DNA of 14,066 bases from Zygophlyctis sp. KS116 (Eukaryota; Fungi; Chytridiomycota): positions 1 to 14,066 of the forward strand of contig BAAFSQ010000259.1 in the NCBI GenBank assembly GCA_054661495.1, given 5' to 3'. The notes below the pieces were generated by a model, which saw only the letters and a list, made by a program, of their open reading frames with translations, was not told the origin of the DNA and did not search any database. Positions 9,427 through 14,066 of this stretch are shown here, one piece after another. Position numbers and translations under genes: made by a program. Within the stretch, counting starts at the first letter, position 1; the number at the start of each line of letters is the position of its first letter.

Positions 9427-12252
9427 ATGGACTTTCAGGGGAGATCAAAACTTCTCAAAGAATATCAAATGGGGAAGACTATCGGACAAGGAGCTTTTTC
9501 AAAAGTTAAATTGGGATATCATAGAGAGACTGGTCAGAAAGTGGCTATTAAAATCGTTGATAAGAAAGTGATGGCCGAAAAGGCTAAAAAATCTAAAGAT
9601 GCTCATGAAGAAAGAGAAAAGAAAAAAGTCAAAAATGTAGAAATTAGTAGGCAAGGCTCGGTGGCTAAAAAAGATTCTGATTCTACTTCTAATATTCAAA
9701 CACAATATCCAGAAAATGAAGATGATGGGACAGACGATCATTATGTGGTTAATCATCCAATGGTTGAAGATGTCGATTTTGTTTCAAAGTTGCAGTTGGA
9801 AGTTCAACTGATGCTTAGGTTGGAACACCCAAATATTGTAACGGTTTATCAAGTCATTGATTCAGAAAATGAATGCTTTATCATTATGTAAAATTTATTT
9901 TAATAAGAAATAGGCAATATGCTAGCGGAGGAGAATTAATAGAGTATATAGCGTCAAGAGGAAATTTAACAGAAAAGGAAGCTAGGAAATTTTTTCGTCA
10001 AATAATTTCTGCAATTGATCATTGTCATTTAGCAAATGTAGTTCATAGAGATTTAAAGCTGGAAAATTTACTCTTGAATTCAGAAAAGAATATTTTACTC
10101 TCTGATTTTGGATTAGGGAGAACTTTTAGAGATGATTTAGAGGAATATATGAAAACATTTTGTGGAACACCAAATTATGCTGCGGTTGAATTAATATCTG
10201 GTATACCATATGTTGGTGTAAAGTCTGACATCTGGGCTATGGGTGTTGTATTATATTTAATGGTGACTGGGAAGCCGCCTTTTCAAGGTGAAACAATATC
10301 ATTATTGTACAAGGAAATTAGAGCAGTGAATTATAAGGTTTATGATACATTTAGCAAAGGTTTATTTTTTAAATTTAAAATTGATAGAATTACGACATCT
10401 GTTGACACGTATGTTATGTAAAAATCCTGCACAAAGAATTGACATGAAAGAGCTAAGGGAACATCCTTGGGTTAATTTTGAAGAACCAGAATTACCAGTA
10501 CGCATAAATCCAAGAGTTAGTGGAAATATTGAGGCTTCGACTTTGGGTCAATTTATTCTCGGAATGGAGTACGACAGAGGTGCAACAAGCTATAAATTTC
10601 ATGAGCATAAAAAGCCAGAAAAATCATTTTCGTTTTCTTCAAGTAAGATTACAACTCATAAAAGAGCTAATACTGTATGCCAGGATAATAACATCCAACT
10701 CAATACCAAAGATTCCAAAAAGGAAGCAGGGAATTCTGTCAAAACTGAACAACCCGCCGAGAAAAAAAGTACATTTTCATTTTTCAGAAGAATTTCTGTC
10801 TCTATTCCTGAATCCGATTCTGTTAAAGAAAATTCAAATATTGGTTCAACTCCTAAAGCCACGGCGAGTTTTTTACCACCAATTGCAGATCAAGCGTCAA
10901 AATTGCAAGAATTGGCCGCAAGTCAAGAGGTAGATACTGTATCAAACACTTTGCACATTCCTGGAGGATCCCCTGTGCGTCGCCATAGTACTATGGGACA
11001 CAGCACTTTGGGTCCAAAACTTGCACCTTTGCATCCCGCTTTAATGGCAAGACGTGCGTCTGATATTGGTGTTGATTCGCAGTTTTTTCAAAAAGGTCCT
11101 GAAATTCCTGAAAAAGGCCAAAGTCAAAGCTTCTTTTCAAATATCTCTGCTATACTAAAGAAAAGCTCCTCGTCTATATCTCCCTCTTCCAGAAATTCTT
11201 CGAATTTAGGTCATGCTGTTCCAGTACGTAGTGAATCGCCCTCATCTATGAGCTCTACAATTCCAACCCCTCCAATTCTAAATTCAATAGAAATGCGCTC
11301 TTCAAAAGAAAGTGCTGGGAATCATGCTTCTGCCAATGTTCCGGGGGTGAATCGACTTATTCGATCAATCACGTTTACTGGTCCAAGTCCTGAAATTCAG
11401 GTACCTCGTGAAGGTGAAGCGCCAAGCACCTCTTCTGGTGGAGCTTCCCCTCTCCTTCCTCCCTCTTCGAGTATTCGTCACTTGAGATTGGCATCACATT
11501 CGCCCCTTGTTCAACGGAGGGAGAGCTTTGGTGCAAAAGACGTACCAAATAATGACCCTGAATACCGGACTCGACCAAGGAATGAAAAACTTTTGGTTCC
11601 TGGTGAAGATCCAATGCATCTTGGAAAGGGTAATAAAGGGAGAAAGGAAATCTCAAAATCGTTTCATGCATTTGTACCCACTTCGGATCATAATGATAAA
11701 CCTCATACAGGGGCTGACTTTATGAAATCGGCAATTTTAAGCAATACTGGCCATCAAGTAGCAGACTCAGACGATAGACTTGGCTCGCATGATATGATGT
11801 CTTTGACTTCCAGATTTACAGAAGCAGCATCTTCAGATCAAGATGATTCATACCCCAATCCAACCGAAGTAGAAAAAGACGTTGAGTACTGGAAAGAGCT
11901 GAATGTTCCCGCTAAAAATATTCGCTCAATGAGATTTTCTTTCAATCGGGCTACATCATCTAATATGGATCCTGCTGATATATTCAGAGAGCTCACTATC
12001 ACTCTAAACAAGTTAAATCGACAACGTTCCAACAATTTGACGTTTTCGAGAAATAATCCAGATTATTATCTACTAATTTGCAAATTTCGGAATCCATTTT
12101 CAACAGTAGACGACCCTGTCATATTTGAAGTAGAAGTTTGCAAGGTTTGGCTTCTGAAAATCCATGGGCTGAGAATCAAAAGGATTGCAGGAAGTCCTCT
12201 ACTTTTCAAAGAATTGTATGTTTTTTTGGAAACAGAATTAAAAATTTCATAA
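9427..12252 (+). CDS. KIN1: Kin1/MARK/PAR-1-like (AMPK-related, CAMKL) Ser/Thr kinase with C-terminal KA1 domain, ~923 aa
   Basis: Introns 9888-9913 and 10360-10387; spliced length 2772 nt. GQGAFSKVK, VAIK, HRDLKLEN, DFG, TFCGTPNYAAVE and DIWAMG; long Ser/Pro-rich linker; KA1-like end FEVEVCKVWLLKIHGLRIKRIAGSPLLFKELY...ELKI. Exact orthology within the family is uncertain. Confidence 0.85.
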
Positions 12253-12253
12253 A

Positions 12254-13075
12254 TCAATTCAAAGAAACCTTTTGGTATAGTCGAATAAAATATCGCATAT
12301 TGTTTAGCCTTAACGGATATCTAGCTTGAGTAAACCAAAATTACCGAAGTGTTTTATCAAATCTGTACCAAGTTGAATCCTCTTGTTCCACAATTTCTAA
12401 ATCCTTTAAATTATCTAAAAACTTGAAGAGCATATGTATACTTTTCCCTCCAACATTTGCTTCAGAGAATGATCCAGCAGAATCAATTACTAACAAAAAA
12501 GCTCCATTTTTCATATTAGAAATCAGAGTCTGAATTACTTTTACAAATGCACTTTTTGAGCTAGTAATAATTTCATTCAGTAAAAAACAAGCTGTAATCA
12601 ATGATGCTTTTGAAATCGGTTCAATCATCCTTTCGGGCTCTCTACTTAGATCAAATATTGAGTTTTCAAATCCCATATTCCAGTGAGAATTAGAATCTTG
12701 AAGCGACTGAAAGAGATCACTTAACAAATGATAATCGGTCATATCCTGAATATGAATTGTATTACATCCCTTAAATCCATCAGAAGCAGCGATCCCCATG
12801 AGTTCAGCTCCATTCCCAGCTCCCAAACAATAAATATAGTCTGAATTATTCAAGTCTTTTCTGAATCTAGAAAAAACATTCTTATAACATAATGCTCTAC
12901 TAGGCATGTACTCACATGCATAAGCCTGACATAAATCAACACTAGAAAACAATGACTTGAAATCTCTATTATAAAAATATTGTTTAATAACTCTTAATCT
13001 TTCCTGCAAGAGTGGATGAGAAAGATGACTTGATAAACTAGATCTTAATAAATCCAAGAGTTGTTGATCAGTCAT
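12254..13075 (-). CDS. BMT6: Bmt6-like 25S rRNA (uridine-N3)-methyltransferase, ~265 aa
   Basis: ATG 13075, one 24-nt intron 12321-12344, TGA 12256-12254. Motifs IKQYFYNRDF..F, AYACEYMPSRALCY, CLGAGNGAE (SAM-binding loop), FLLNE, LLVIDSAGSFS and WYR...LRYPLRLNNMRYFIRLY resemble Bmt6. Confidence 0.85.
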
Positions 13076-13128
13076 CAAAATTTCAATTAAAAAAAACACT
13101 CTTTTGGATGAAATTTACTTTTTTATAA

Positions 13129-13787
13129 CTATGGTAAATCTAGAATAGGAGCTAGAGCATCTGCAACTCCAAAATCATGAGCCAATATTCTTGCTCTCTC
13201 CAATGGTATCCTATAAAGTAAAAAAATTTAAGTAGAATATACCATGTTCCTTGATACCGACCATAACCACCTTGAACTTTTTCATGATCTTCGTGATGAA
13301 CTTCTTTTTCCAGTATTTTAGTTCTTTTTCCTTTATCTACTCCAGCGGCCTTTAGAATGTGAGTCCCATTTACCCAACTATCACGTTTTCTTCTCATAAT
13401 AGCAACATCATTTATAATAAATTCATAAACTTGAATATTTGAGTAAGTAGCTTCAAAGAGACCTCCAGAGGGATGACCTAGAGGAGTTCTTGGAGAATTT
13501 ATATTGTGCTTTTTTGGAGCAGGGGAAGCTAAAACTGGAGCAGTGCGGGGGCCGTTTGGATAGAAACCATTAGGCTTGAAAGGTGTATGATCCTGTAAAG
13601 AGTTTTGATTAATCTGGTAAGGGTGAAATCCTTGCCTGTAATACACTTGCGGATCCTCCCAATTCTGTTGAAAGTAATTAGGTTCTGAAATAGCAGTCGC
13701 AGCAGATGGCATAGATTGCAAAGTGGATGATGGAATTGGAAGAAGAAGTTGTTCATACTCTTCCAACTGAACATTTGTTGTATCCAT
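13129..13787 (-). CDS. APSES/KilA-N DNA-binding protein of Mbp1/Swi4/Res type, no ankyrin repeats, ~208 aa
   Basis: ATG 13787, 32-nt intron 13211-13242, TAG 13131-13129. ATYSNIQVYEF...IMRRKRDSWVNGTHILKAAG..KGKRTKILEKEV....[25 protein letters not shown] is the SBF/MBF-type APSES domain. Confidence 0.92.
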
Positions 13788-13812
13788 TTTCTTTTTTTTT
13801 ACTAGAAAAACC

Positions 13813-13902
13813 TACATTTTTACTACACTTTTATACACTTTTATTACACTTTTATTACACTTTTATCAGAATTTATCAGAATTTTATTACACTTTTATTA
13901 CA
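13813..13902. repeat. Degenerate tandem array of 10-11 bp units (TACACTTTTAT, with two CAGAATTT(T)AT variants)
   Basis: About eight consecutive units read directly; a perfect 13-bp inverted copy of 13831-13843 lies at 13915-13927. Confidence 0.85.
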
Positions 13903-14001
13903 AATTATAAAGTTTAAAAGTGTATAATTTACATGTATTATAACACTAGGTTATATGACATTAAGTAGAGCAAAGTAGGGTATAGTCCTAGACAAAGTAA
14001 G

Positions 14002-14066
14002 ATGACAGATCTCTCAGACAATGAAAAGCTTATTTCACTGTATCCAGAGTATGATCCAGATCCAGA
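14002..14066 (+). CDS. Possible 5' end of the next gene (MTDLSDNEKLISLYPEYDPDP...), product unknown
   Basis: ATG at 14002, frame open to the window end, protein-like composition, divergent from the APSES gene. Only 21 codons are visible. Confidence 0.35.
   Translation, partial: MTDLSDNEKLISLYPEYDPDP

Noticed and set aside
10520-12329. Alternative-frame and antisense ORFs within the kinase gene (and similar ones at 1313, 1953, 2473, 5537, 6020, 7211, 7978, 9499)
   Set aside because: They shadow well-supported genes and show no recognisable motifs.
13813-13902. Repeat array as CRISPR or telomeric repeat
   Set aside because: No unique spacers, eukaryotic context, internal position and no G-rich telomere-like unit.
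13727-13927. 66-aa + strand ORF
   Set aside because: It is the translation of the T-rich tandem repeat and overlaps the APSES start antisense.

Overview
Eukaryotic, AT-rich, extremely gene-dense genomic DNA, most likely from a zoosporic (chytrid-like) fungus. The inference rests on a flagellar gene (CFAP43), a WAVE/SCAR-complex subunit (CYFIP/Sra1) and a fungal APSES/KilA-N transcription factor occurring together. I reconstructed seven spliced genes by hand: CFAP43 (-, runs off the left edge), a DUF2415-type WD40 protein (-), CYFIP/Sra1 (+), long-form RNase Z (-), a Kin1/MARK-type kinase with KA1 domain (+), a Bmt6-like rRNA methyltransferase (-) and a stand-alone Mbp1/Swi4-type APSES protein (-). 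A possible eighth gene starts at the right edge. The ORF track is fragmented because these genes contain 38 inferred GT-AG introns, all only 23-32 nt long, 11 of them with AAG acceptors. Gene spacing is minimal: convergent stop codons are 1 bp and 6 bp apart, and one divergent pair of ATGs is 64 bp apart. Non-coding oddities include a long G-U-containing hairpin pair between RNase Z and the kinase, a CGGACAA motif in three promoters, and a degenerate 11-bp tandem array upstream of the APSES gene. Family assignments come from remembered motifs and splice models from manual frame restoration; no searches were run.
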